Assembly (NCBI GenBank): GCA_045612895.1
Contig: JAZKZY010000122.1
Span: 4,171-68,170, forward strand
Length of the DNA: 64,000 nucleotides
Direction of reading: 5' to 3'
DNA from: Candidatus Scatosoma sp.
GTDB lineage: Bacteria; Bacillota; Clostridia; Christensenellales; Borkfalkiaceae
In this document: positions 46,401 to 53,542 of the stretch, piece after piece
Layout: every line of letters begins with the position of its first letter
Numbering within the stretch: position 1 is the stretch's first letter
Program-made: the position numbers and the translations under genes
The notes under the pieces: generated by a model
What the model saw: only the letters and a program-made list of their open reading frames with translations
What the model was told of the DNA's origin: nothing
Databases searched by the model: none

Positions 46401-49400
46401 ACGAGATTGACCGAAGTGCCTGGCGCGAACGTATATACTTGGGAAAATACAAACTGGCTTCGTATTGACATTTTGAACCCTACGGAAGGTTCGATACTTA
46501 TCATTGAAGAAGGTACGCCGTTTGCAGGAAACTACCTTCCTAAGTTGGTTTTCAAATTTGAGGATGGCATATGGCATCAAGCGTTTATTCTAAATATTGA
46601 AATCGGTGATGAAACGTTTACCATTTACTCTATAAACGACATTCCCGTAATTCTTGATGACGTTTACTTTGAAAATTTTTTGGCTGAACGTTCGATCCCT
46701 GGTAAAGTGGTAAGCTTCTCTACGAGAGGGGTTACCTATGGGGCAGGTACGACTTTCAAGGCGTTGACGAATACGGACATCGTGGCGCAGGTAGTTGGTT
46801 TTGATACCACGGAAGGCGCTTCGGTGCGTTTGAAAACGCCTACGGGTATTCGTTATGAAACCAAAATCGACAAAGCGGATTACGACCGCTTGGTAGCGCT
46901 TTACGGCGCAGAAAACGTGGAAACCGGTACGTATATCGTGCCTAGATCTATGTTGGGTACGGCTGATTTTAGAAGCTATTTTGCAAGCGATATGAATGTG
47001 GAAGGAGCTGACTACGTATGTATTGTTAATACGGGTTGGGCAAATAAGGACACCGTGGATACGGATGGATATTATTTGTATTACGGTTCGCTTGTTAATC
47101 TTCAGGATATCAACTATGCTACGGAGTTCTTCGGTATCGGTTATATTAAGATTACCGACGGTACGAACGAATACGTTGTATACGGCGGGTATGATATGGA
47201 CGAATTTACGAGAAGTATCTACTACGTATCCGGTCGTGCGTATAAGGATTATGCAAGCGGCACAGCGGAAAAGAGTGTTTTGAAGAGCTATCTTGACAGC
47301 GTTGTATATATTACTGACGACGTAGCAATCGGCAATGGCATTGATGCGAAAGGGTATACTTCTCCTTATGCAGTGAGATACAACGCGCAAACGGGTGTTT
47401 ATACCATTACGGGTAATGCGGAAATTAAGTCCGTAATTATAGGGGATAGCAAGCGAATTAGCTATAGAACAAGCACTTTACTTGTGAGCGGTGAAGAATA
47501 TTACGTAACCGATTACGAGCTTACAGCTTCGGCTGAAGCATCTACGCTCACGTTTAAGCTTTCGCCTGTGCTCAATCCTTTGGATTTGGTGGATTTTGCA
47601 TTAGAAGTGCCTTCTAATAACGGGGTGAAGATTCTTCAAATCACCGACACCGAGTTGATTGACGCTACGCAAATGAGAACGGCGTCTAGTCTTTCGGCGG
47701 CGCAGCAAGAAGAATATGCGCGTAAAAACGTATATGCGAACTGCTTTAATTACATTTCCACGTTGGTTGAACAGGAAAAGCCCGATTTGATTATTCTTAC
47801 GGGTGATATGATCAATGGCAATTTTGACGACAATGGTTCGATGTGGTTGAGATTGATTGAGTTTATGGACTCTTTGAATATCCCTTGGGCGCCCGTATTC
47901 GGCTCGTTGGAAAATGAGAGCGCAATGGGTGCGGAATGGCAACGCGAACAGCTTTCCTCGGCAAAGAATAGCATTTTTAAGGTGAATTCCTCGACGGGTA
48001 AGGGCGATCATACGATTGCAATCACTGATAAAGGTGTGGTAAGACGTGTAATCTACATGCTTGATGCGAATGGGGATGCTGGTATCAACCAAGCACAAAT
48101 CACTTGGATGAAGAATACGGCTGCGAATATCTCGTTGAACTACGGAGACGTACCTGCATTTGTATGTTACAATAAGACGGCTGACACGAGCGTTGCTTCC
48201 GATTTTGCAGCTGTGAACGTTGATGGTGTATTTATGGGCAATGCGCCTTACGACAATTCTACCACCTTGTTGGATGGCATCTATTACACCTATGGGACGA
48301 AAACTGGCGCATATGGCGAGCATGATGCAAACAAACTTGGCGGTACGTATATTGAAGTATCGGCTGACGGGTTAGAATTTACGGTATCGGCGGAATGCCT
48401 TGATAAAACAGCGATGAAAGAAAAAGTAAGTATTGATGTGGTAACAACTTATGACGGATCTTCGGTGGTAACCGATGCGTATTTGAGACCTATTTGGGAT
48501 ACGGATCGTATTTATGACGAAACGGCTCTTTTTGTAGGTGAAACGGGCTCGGTAACCTTGATGTATACGCCGACCAATCCGAAGGAAGTGGTTGTTAGAG
48601 ATATCACGCTTGGTGTTACCTATACCTATGGCATCGACTATACGATTTCGGGCAACAAGGTAACGAGGGTTGCTGGTGGTAACCTTCCTTATAGATCTTA
48701 TGAAGAATATTATCTTAAAGAGCCTGTTCTTGTAAACGGTGTTCCTCAAAACTGGCGCGTAGATACCGTGGAAGATGATTATAGATATAGCGGTACGAGA
48801 TATATGTACTACGCAGAGGCATACGAAGGCGCTTCTCGTCACGTAACCTTTACCTATAACAAGTCGGAATCCTGGACGGGTACAACGATTGAGGGTGATA
48901 ATAATGCGCAGGCGTTCATCAATCAGTTAAAGACGGAAAAAGAAGCGAATATCTTGTTCTACGGCGACTCTATCACGGTAGGCTGTAACGCTTCCGGTAC
49001 GCAGTGGGGCGGCAATAGAAATCCTTTCTTGCCCTCGTGGGATGATTTGGTGACGAATTCGCTTGCGAAAATGTACGGCGCAAATATTACGAAATACAAC
49101 TGCGCGGTAGGCGGTTGGACGACGGCGCAGGGTGCTGAAAACTTTACCTCAAAAGCGGCTGAAGTTGGTGCGGATCTTTCCAATATCGATTTGCTCGTAC
49201 TGGCGTTTGGTATGAACGATCCCGCTACGGAGGACTCGAAATACATCGCGGATATCAAGTTGATGATAAACACGTATTATGCGGAAAATCCTAACGGAAA
49301 CGTGATTTTGGTTTCGCCTATGTTGCCCAACACGCAATCGAAGATGGTTTACGGTAATCACCACCTTTGGGAAGGCGCGTTAAATAAGGTCAAAAACAGC

Positions 49401-49586
49401 CAGGAATACGCAAGTAAGAACATTTCCCTTGCGAAAGTATTTACGATGTTTAACGAGCTTGTAACGGTGTCTGGTAAGCTGTCGAGAGATCATCTTGGCA
49501 ACAACATCAACCATCCGACCGATTTTGGTGTAAGAATTTACGCGCAGGTTATTTTAAAAACTTTGTGCGGTGACGACTTTGCGTAA
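43443..49586 (+). CDS. Giant secreted multi-module protein (2047 aa) ending in a degenerate metallophosphoesterase-like domain and an SGNH hydrolase module
   Basis: RBS TAAGGAG. Signal peptide with GGVFAFSQTATVKA. One CBM-like module and about 7 shared modules with a 1107-nt tandem duplication. A region homologous to aa ~1290-1560 of the 2042-aa protein. KILQITDTE ... DLIILTGDMING ... VFGSLENE (metallophosphoesterase-like). The last ~420 aa are a paralogue of 42131..43390 (FYGDSITVG, AFGMNDP, NNINHPTDFG). No C-terminal TM. Confidence 0.85.
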   Translation: MKTFMKRIYLIGLTALCTLCLLFGGVFAFSQTATVKAASALETEFTNNGQIVIGEYSAANAFEYVEGVEGATGAALKIKAGASQTAFIMLSVPSVKASELESIVVRIYSPGYTSADSFRAAVTADGQWQQNDAVNMGSWVEVTLNAKAIAMMTGEGDFLSTPIVVGARAKSLAEYYYIDSITVTEKPMGEIPMAQFAGAWGNIDMYNSAERVLLMYNSDNAWVYPDEGDLASKVTYKNSKTGATRAATDADIAGWDGQKWIVFSNLAGYDVLEIAEGGTFGGGVGIPALTLYNVNGRWVTTPPCEVTTHYFAIAAGWNNLITNGLAQTIVSFDLKPLAAAADATNLAATTNCTSMMVKYNGKTFRELYADTTNANAQQYRISYAHGNNHFYFAVPEADLVEGATFEIEEGTPFVGQGLDEVKLIFKNGAWEYYKEVNYNPDFTSIGQLNHSYNETLGAYGLSLRYDTSGFAADGSQVSTKQQSGFTLNGENVGVALWGGNQLLFWLHKERCEAGYNGYEHATLEIAEGAKIVNQEGKEYTFKALTLYLVGGQWTTEKPAEAEKATFNSIWGNIDTYNDSDSVLLIFNSTTAWNHTDKGTLASKVTYRNSSTGDTYTATDSDIAGWEGQKWIVFSNLAGYDVLEIAAGGKFGGVGIPALTIYNVNGRWVTTPASEVTTNYFAIAVGWNNSITNGLAQTIVSFDLKPLADAADSTNLAATTNRTSMMVKYNGKTFRELYADTTNANAQQYRISYAHGNNHFYFTVPEADLVEGATFEIEEGTPFVGQGLGAVTLVYKNGAWEYYKEVNYNPDFVSIGGANNLEYGEHYGLALRYDTNGFTSAGNQIVAASYIGITINSDAQTTVLWGGDQLLFWIPANKLVEGYNGYSHPTFKIMEGATVVNENGETFTLGAATLYLVDGQWTTEKPADYSVTVNIPDLGEPDCVFKDFNFWNNENGATLFEFINFVNKPTTTSSYLSTTGHYITLNGTRLTEVPGANVYTWENTNWLRIDILNPTEGSILIIEEGTPFAGNYLPKLVFKFEDGIWHQAFILNIEIGDETFTIYSINDIPVILDDVYFENFLAERSIPGKVVSFSTRGVTYGAGTTFKALTNTDIVAQVVGFDTTEGASVRLKTPTGIRYETKIDKADYDRLVALYGAENVETGTYIVPRSMLGTADFRSYFASDMNVEGADYVCIVNTGWANKDTVDTDGYYLYYGSLVNLQDINYATEFFGIGYIKITDGTNEYVVYGGYDMDEFTRSIYYVSGRAYKDYASGTAEKSVLKSYLDSVVYITDDVAIGNGIDAKGYTSPYAVRYNAQTGVYTITGNAEIKSVIIGDSKRISYRTSTLLVSGEEYYVTDYELTASAEASTLTFKLSPVLNPLDLVDFALEVPSNNGVKILQITDTELIDATQMRTASSLSAAQQEEYARKNVYANCFNYISTLVEQEKPDLIILTGDMINGNFDDNGSMWLRLIEFMDSLNIPWAPVFGSLENESAMGAEWQREQLSSAKNSIFKVNSSTGKGDHTIAITDKGVVRRVIYMLDANGDAGINQAQITWMKNTAANISLNYGDVPAFVCYNKTADTSVASDFAAVNVDGVFMGNAPYDNSTTLLDGIYYTYGTKTGAYGEHDANKLGGTYIEVSADGLEFTVSAECLDKTAMKEKVSIDVVTTYDGSSVVTDAYLRPIWDTDRIYDETALFVGETGSVTLMYTPTNPKEVVVRDITLGVTYTYGIDYTISGNKVTRVAGGNLPYRSYEEYYLKEPVLVNGVPQNWRVDTVEDDYRYSGTRYMYYAEAYEGASRHVTFTYNKSESWTGTTIEGDNNAQAFINQLKTEKEANILFYGDSITVGCNASGTQWGGNRNPFLPSWDDLVTNSLAKMYGANITKYNCAVGGWTTAQGAENFTSKAAEVGADLSNIDLLVLAFGMNDPATEDSKYIADIKLMINTYYAENPNGNVILVSPMLPNTQSKMVYGNHHLWEGALNKVKNSQEYASKNISLAKVFTMFNELVTVSGKLSRDHLGNNINHPTDFGVRIYAQVILKTLCGDDFA
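44019..46215 (+). repeat. Tandem duplication inside the 2047-aa gene (2 x ~1107-1110 nt, three modules per unit)
   Basis: TGTAAACGGT sits at 44321 and 45428 (offset 1107). The stretches ~44345-44705 and ~45452-45812 are nearly identical, and the last ~190 nt differ at one position. Confidence 0.9.
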
Positions 49587-49630
49587 TTCTCTTGAAAGGG
49601 TAAATTATCACAAAGTAAATTAAAAAACGA

Positions 49631-49662
49631 AAGAAGGGAAAGCTTATTTTCCCTTCTTTTTT
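49631..49662 (+). terminator. Rho-independent terminator ending the long gene string
   Basis: AGAAGGGAAA / GCTTA / TTTTCCCTTCT followed by TTTTTC. Confidence 0.8.
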
Positions 49663-49688
49663 CATTGTGGTTAAAAAATAAAAAGGTA

Positions 49689-49717
49689 TTGACATAGTAT
49701 ATTTTTTTTGCTATACT
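49689..49717 (+). promoter_or_regulatory. Sigma-A-type promoter for the GH125 gene
   Basis: TTGACA (49689-49694), 17 nt, TATACT (49712-49717). Confidence 0.55.
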
Positions 49718-49772
49718 ATCCCTAACCAAATGGACACTATAAAAGATTGTTTTAGGTAGGTTTATTCAAGAT

Positions 49773-51080
49773 ATGGAAGCAATTGTTGGGGAAAGACTGC
49801 GTTTGAGTAATATTGATAATCGAATGAATGAAGAACGTTTTTCCGATTTGCGCGCTTGCGTGGAAGAATTCAAGAAAAAGCTTTCGGATGATAAGCTGAA
49901 AGAAATGTTTGATAGGACGTTTTTCAATACGCTTTACACGACGACCTTTTTTGAGGAGGACGGCTCGGTGTTTATCATTACGGGGGATATCCCTGCAATG
50001 TGGCTGCGCGATTCCTCGGCGCAAGTGATGCAGTATTTATTTTTTGCCAAAGAATGTCTTTCGGTGCAGGAGCTTATTAAGGGTTTGTTGAAAAAACAAT
50101 TCACCTACATTATGCTCGACCCGTATGCAAATGCGTTTAATCGTGAGGCAAATGGAAACGGGCATGTTTTAGATTTGGATAAGCAATCCCCTTGGGTGTG
50201 GGAAAGGAAGTTTGAATTAGACTCTTTGTGTTATCCGCTGTGGCTTCTTGTTCGCTATTATGAGAAAACAGGCGACCATGGGTGCATGGATTCGTTATTT
50301 TTGCGTGCCTTCGATAGAATTATCGAGGTGTTTAAAACGGAACAAAATCATGCGGAAAGATCGTCGTATTATCATGAAATTACAACCCATACCGCTAACT
50401 ACTGGTGCGGAAAGGGTACTCCTGTATCCAACAACGGCTTAGTATGGTCGGGATACCGTCCTAGTGATGATAAATGCACGTATGGGTATTATCTTCCTGG
50501 TAATATGTTTATTGTGTCGGTATTGAGCAAGCTTGCGCCTATTTTTGAAAAGGTATTGCACGATGATAAGCGCGCAACCATTTGTAGGGATTTTGCAATG
50601 GAAATCCAGGCAGAGCTTGAAAAACTTTCCGTTGTAGAGGTGGACGGAAAAAAGATATATGCGCTGGAAACGGATGGGCTTGGCAATTATAACTTGATGG
50701 ATGATGCCAATATTCCCAATTTACTTGCGATGCCGTATTACGAATATCCGTATATCAACAAAGAGATATATAACAATACACGTGCGCGTATGTTAAGTTT
50801 TAGCAATCCGTACTATTTTGAGGGGACGGTTTTGAAAGGAATCGGCAGCCCACACACGCCGAAAAATCGTGTTTGGCCATTGTCGTTGATTGTGCAATCG
50901 TTGACGAGTAACGACGAAAAAGAAATTTCAGAATGTATAGAAATGATTGTGAATAGCACAGGCGGAACGGGATATATCCATGAGTCGGTTGACAAAGACG
51001 ATGATACCATATATTCGCGTCCTTGGTTTGCTTGGGCCAACTCCTTATTTGCGTACATGATTTTGGATAAATTCTCTTAA
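49773..51080 (+). CDS. GH125-family (DUF1237) metal-independent exo-alpha-1,6-mannosidase-like protein, cytoplasmic
   Basis: The family signature as I recall it is ITGDIPAMWLRDSSAQV, followed by an (alpha/alpha)6-type sequence. No signal peptide. The start codon is uncertain because there is no clear RBS; ATG 49824 is an alternative. Confidence 0.75.
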   Translation: MEAIVGERLRLSNIDNRMNEERFSDLRACVEEFKKKLSDDKLKEMFDRTFFNTLYTTTFFEEDGSVFIITGDIPAMWLRDSSAQVMQYLFFAKECLSVQELIKGLLKKQFTYIMLDPYANAFNREANGNGHVLDLDKQSPWVWERKFELDSLCYPLWLLVRYYEKTGDHGCMDSLFLRAFDRIIEVFKTEQNHAERSSYYHEITTHTANYWCGKGTPVSNNGLVWSGYRPSDDKCTYGYYLPGNMFIVSVLSKLAPIFEKVLHDDKRATICRDFAMEIQAELEKLSVVEVDGKKIYALETDGLGNYNLMDDANIPNLLAMPYYEYPYINKEIYNNTRARMLSFSNPYYFEGTVLKGIGSPHTPKNRVWPLSLIVQSLTSNDEKEISECIEMIVNSTGGTGYIHESVDKDDDTIYSRPWFAWANSLFAYMILDKFS

Positions 51081-51116
51081 GTATGCTTTAGAATACGATA
51101 AAGTTTCAATTCTATA

Positions 51117-51145
51117 TTGACAAATGGTTTCATATAGTATAAAAT
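51117..51145 (+). promoter_or_regulatory. Sigma-A-type promoter for mgtC
   Basis: TTGACA (51117-51122), 17 nt, TAAAAT (51140-51145). Confidence 0.55.
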
Positions 51146-51173
51146 AATATGACAATATAAAAAGGGGAAGAAA

Positions 51174-51821
51174 ATGGTAGAAGAACTTAAATTATTATTA
51201 CCCTTGCTGATTTCCGTAATATTAGGTTTCGCAATCGGGTTGGAAAGAAAATATAGATTAAAGGAAGCAGGGGTTCGAACGCATACGATTGTTTGTTTGG
51301 GCTCGGCGCTTATGATGGTTGTATCCAAGCACGCATTTTCTGGTTTGGCTGATCCTTCGCGTGTGGCGGCGCAAATCGTATCCGGTATCGGTTTTATCGG
51401 CGCTGGTATGATCGTGTATCGTCAACATGAAGTGCGCGGTCTTACGACGGCGGCAGGTGTTTGGACAACGGCAGGTATCGGTATGGCTTGCGGTAGCGGT
51501 GAATTGTACTGGTTTGCAATCGGCGCAACCGTCTTGATGATTGCCGTACAATGCCTTTTGCATATGCCGTTCCGTATTTTTAGCACCAAGCGTACCTATT
51601 CGGTAAAGATTGAATTTGTACAAACGGTAGATGAAAACTTGCAAATCAAAGAATTGTTTGGTACGGATCGTTTCAATAAGTTGGTTATTACACGTGAAGA
51701 GGGGCAAACGATTTACAGCGCGACCTTGAATACGGAAAAGGAATACTCCTCGACCCGCTTGAATGAAATTATGCAAGAACACAGCTTTATCCGTTGGTTA
51801 GAGCGTTGTGATAATGAATAA
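51174..51821 (+). CDS. mgtC: MgtC/SapB-family membrane protein
   Basis: GLERKYRLKEAGVRTHTIVCLGSALMMVVS ... DPSRVAAQIVSGIGFIGAGMIV ... VRGLTTAAGVWTTAGIGMACG, plus a soluble ACT-like C-terminal domain. Confidence 0.85.
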   Translation: MVEELKLLLPLLISVILGFAIGLERKYRLKEAGVRTHTIVCLGSALMMVVSKHAFSGLADPSRVAAQIVSGIGFIGAGMIVYRQHEVRGLTTAAGVWTTAGIGMACGSGELYWFAIGATVLMIAVQCLLHMPFRIFSTKRTYSVKIEFVQTVDENLQIKELFGTDRFNKLVITREEGQTIYSATLNTEKEYSSTRLNEIMQEHSFIRWLERCDNE

Positions 51822-51824
51822 AAG

Positions 51825-51853
51825 AAAACCGCAGTATTAAACTGCGGTTTTTT
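51825..51853 (+). terminator. Rho-independent terminator after mgtC
   Basis: CCGCAGT / ATTAA / ACTGCGG followed by TTTTTT. Confidence 0.8.
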
Positions 51854-51927
51854 ATATTTTACGGAAAAAATATTCTTCAAAACATTGCTTATTTTTTTTA
51901 ATTGTATTATAATAAGGGGGTGAGAAA

Positions 51928-51959
51928 CAAAAAAGATGTCGACGTTTCCATCGACATCC
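51928..51959 (-). terminator. Orphaned minus-strand terminator next to the partial tRNA-Trp copy
   Basis: GATGTCGA (51936-51943) pairs with TCGACATC (51952-51959). On the minus strand the hairpin is followed by TTTTTTG. It sits just downstream (minus sense) of the 17-nt tRNA-Trp 3' fragment. Confidence 0.6.
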
Positions 51960-51983
51960 TTTCGTGTGGCAGGGGCTATAAGA
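51951..51983. repeat. Island-bounding direct repeat, distal copy (partial tRNA-Trp 3' end)
   Basis: TGGCAGGGGCTATAAGA (51967-51983) is identical to 59693-59709. The adjacent ATCGACATCCTT (51951-51962) also recurs at 59676-59687. Confidence 0.8.
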
Positions 51984-52148
51984 CTTACTCGCGGGGCGAG
52001 TATTTCTACATATTTTTGATTATTTGCGTATAAAACGCCTTAAATCTCGTTAAAAATCATGTATTTTTTGCGAGATTTTTTCTTTTTTCAAAATTTTTCT
52101 TGGAACTTTTAGATAATTTTCTATCTAGACTTTAAATATTAAATATTC

Positions 52149-53413
52149 GACAAAATTTGTAATAACTTTAAAGTGTACTAATTAATGTCAAAAATGGCTT
52201 CATTGCCAAATTTTGACTCCTCGGTTGAATCAAAGTAATTTAGTGCTTCCTTAGGCGTTTGGTATCCTAAGCATGAGTGTAATCGTTCGTTATTGTAATA
52301 CTGCACGTACTTTTCAATCGATTCAAAGAATTCTTCTGGCGTATTATATTTTCGGCGATAGATTTCTTCTTTCTTTAATGTGGCAAAGAATGATTCCATA
52401 TGTCCATTGTCATGGGGAGTTCCTTTCTTTGAGAATGATTGCGTTACACCGTGTGCGCGAAGATAAGAACTAAAACTTAAACTTGTATAAATGCCACCTT
52501 GGTCACTATGAAAAAGTAAACTAAGTGGGGCGGGACGGATTTGGTTGGCTGCTTCAAAAGTTAATGCAGCAAGTTGTGTGTTGTTCCGCGTTGAGATTTT
52601 ATAGGAGAGTATATATCTACTTGCAATGTCTTGGATAGTACAAATATAAAATTTAACTCCACAAATTTTGAACTCAGTAACGTCGCTTACCCAAGCAACA
52701 TCGGGACAAGAAAGAGCATAACGCTTTTGCCATGATAAAAGGTTTGGATGGCGGTTATCATATTTTTGTGGCGGTCTTGAAGGCTTTTCGCCAATTTTAA
52801 CGATAAGATTGTTTTCTTTCATTAATCGAGAAACTAACCGTGGGGAAGTTGTATATCCCATCCTTTTTAATGTGGCGCAAATACGTTTCGACCCATATCG
52901 CCCCTCATTTTTATTGAAGATGTCAATAATATGTTTAGTTAATTCTTTTCGGCGACGTGCATTCTTGGTTTCAATATTTTTTATGTATCTATAATATTTT
53001 GCCCTATCAAGACAAAGGCTTTGGCATAAAAATTTGACCGTATAATTTTTGCTTTGCTTTTTTACGGCTTCTAATTTTTCAATTTCAGATGATTGAGGCG
53101 AGCAACCAGTAATGCGATATATTTCTAATTGCTTTAGCATTTTCTCGTTCTGAGCTTTTAGTTCTTTGTAATCGTTTACGCTAATTAGTTCTCCCGCGTA
53201 TTTACATATCATACGGTGTTTAGTAATCCAATATTGTAATGTACTACTTGGAATTTTGTATTTCGCACATAATTCCTTAGCGGAAGTTCCTCTTAAATAT
53301 TTGCGAACCATCTTTAACCTAAATTCTTCAGTATATCGCGTATTTCTCATAAAATCCTCCTATCAATTCTAATTTTATGGGGTTGTATTGTAACCCGAAA
53401 TTGCGAATTTGTC
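52149..53413 (-). mobile_element. IS3-family insertion sequence (boundaries tentative)
   Basis: A transposase ORF plus a weak terminal inverted repeat: GACAAAATTTGTAAT (52149-52163) against the reverse complement of 53400-53413 (GACAAATTCGCAAT). I could not identify a target-site duplication. Confidence 0.45.
52178..53350 (-). CDS. IS3-family transposase (HTH + DDE/rve integrase core) as a single 390-aa ORF
   Basis: N-terminal HTH (TSAKELCAKYKIPSSTLQYWI), a leucine-zipper-like stretch, HTH_21-like GSKRICATLKRMGY, and the DDE triad context WVSDVTEF ... HSDQGGIY ... NGHMESFFATLKKE. Confidence 0.85.
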   Translation of the reverse strand: MRNTRYTEEFRLKMVRKYLRGTSAKELCAKYKIPSSTLQYWITKHRMICKYAGELISVNDYKELKAQNEKMLKQLEIYRITGCSPQSSEIEKLEAVKKQSKNYTVKFLCQSLCLDRAKYYRYIKNIETKNARRRKELTKHIIDIFNKNEGRYGSKRICATLKRMGYTTSPRLVSRLMKENNLIVKIGEKPSRPPQKYDNRHPNLLSWQKRYALSCPDVAWVSDVTEFKICGVKFYICTIQDIASRYILSYKISTRNNTQLAALTFEAANQIRPAPLSLLFHSDQGGIYTSLSFSSYLRAHGVTQSFSKKGTPHDNGHMESFFATLKKEEIYRRKYNTPEEFFESIEKYVQYYNNERLHSCLGYQTPKEALNYFDSTEESKFGNEAIFDIN

Positions 53414-53478
53414 AAGAGGAGAGATGGAGAGAGAAGATATAGCGACGAATTTTTAAACGAGGAATATATTGGTGGCAC

Positions 53479-53507
53479 TTTACAAATTAATGTACTTATG
53501 CTATAAT
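53479..53507 (+). promoter_or_regulatory. Near-consensus promoter of the four-gene island operon
   Basis: TTTACA (53479-53484), 17 nt, TATAAT (53502-53507), about 35 nt before the first ORF. Confidence 0.6.
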
Positions 53508-53542
53508 ACAAGTAATAACAACTAAAACAGTGGAGAATGAAA

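Noticed and set aside
8086-49586. LPXTG sortase signals, SLH domains and dockerin/cohesin modules in the giant proteins
   Set aside because: I looked for them by eye in all seven proteins and found none. Anchoring appears to rely on C-terminal TM helices, or is unknown for the two enzyme-terminated proteins.
51081-51173. A possible Mg2+ (M-box) riboswitch upstream of mgtC
   Set aside because: Only about 28 nt separate the -10 element (51140-51145) from the start codon. That is far too short for an M-box aptamer.
51936-52019. A 27-aa ORF (MSTFPSTSFRVAGAIRLTRGASISTYF) preceded by a GGGGGTG stretch
   Set aside because: It is made up of the displaced tRNA-Trp terminator hairpin and the att-like repeat, and the RBS spacing is poor. 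It is much better explained as non-coding att sequence.
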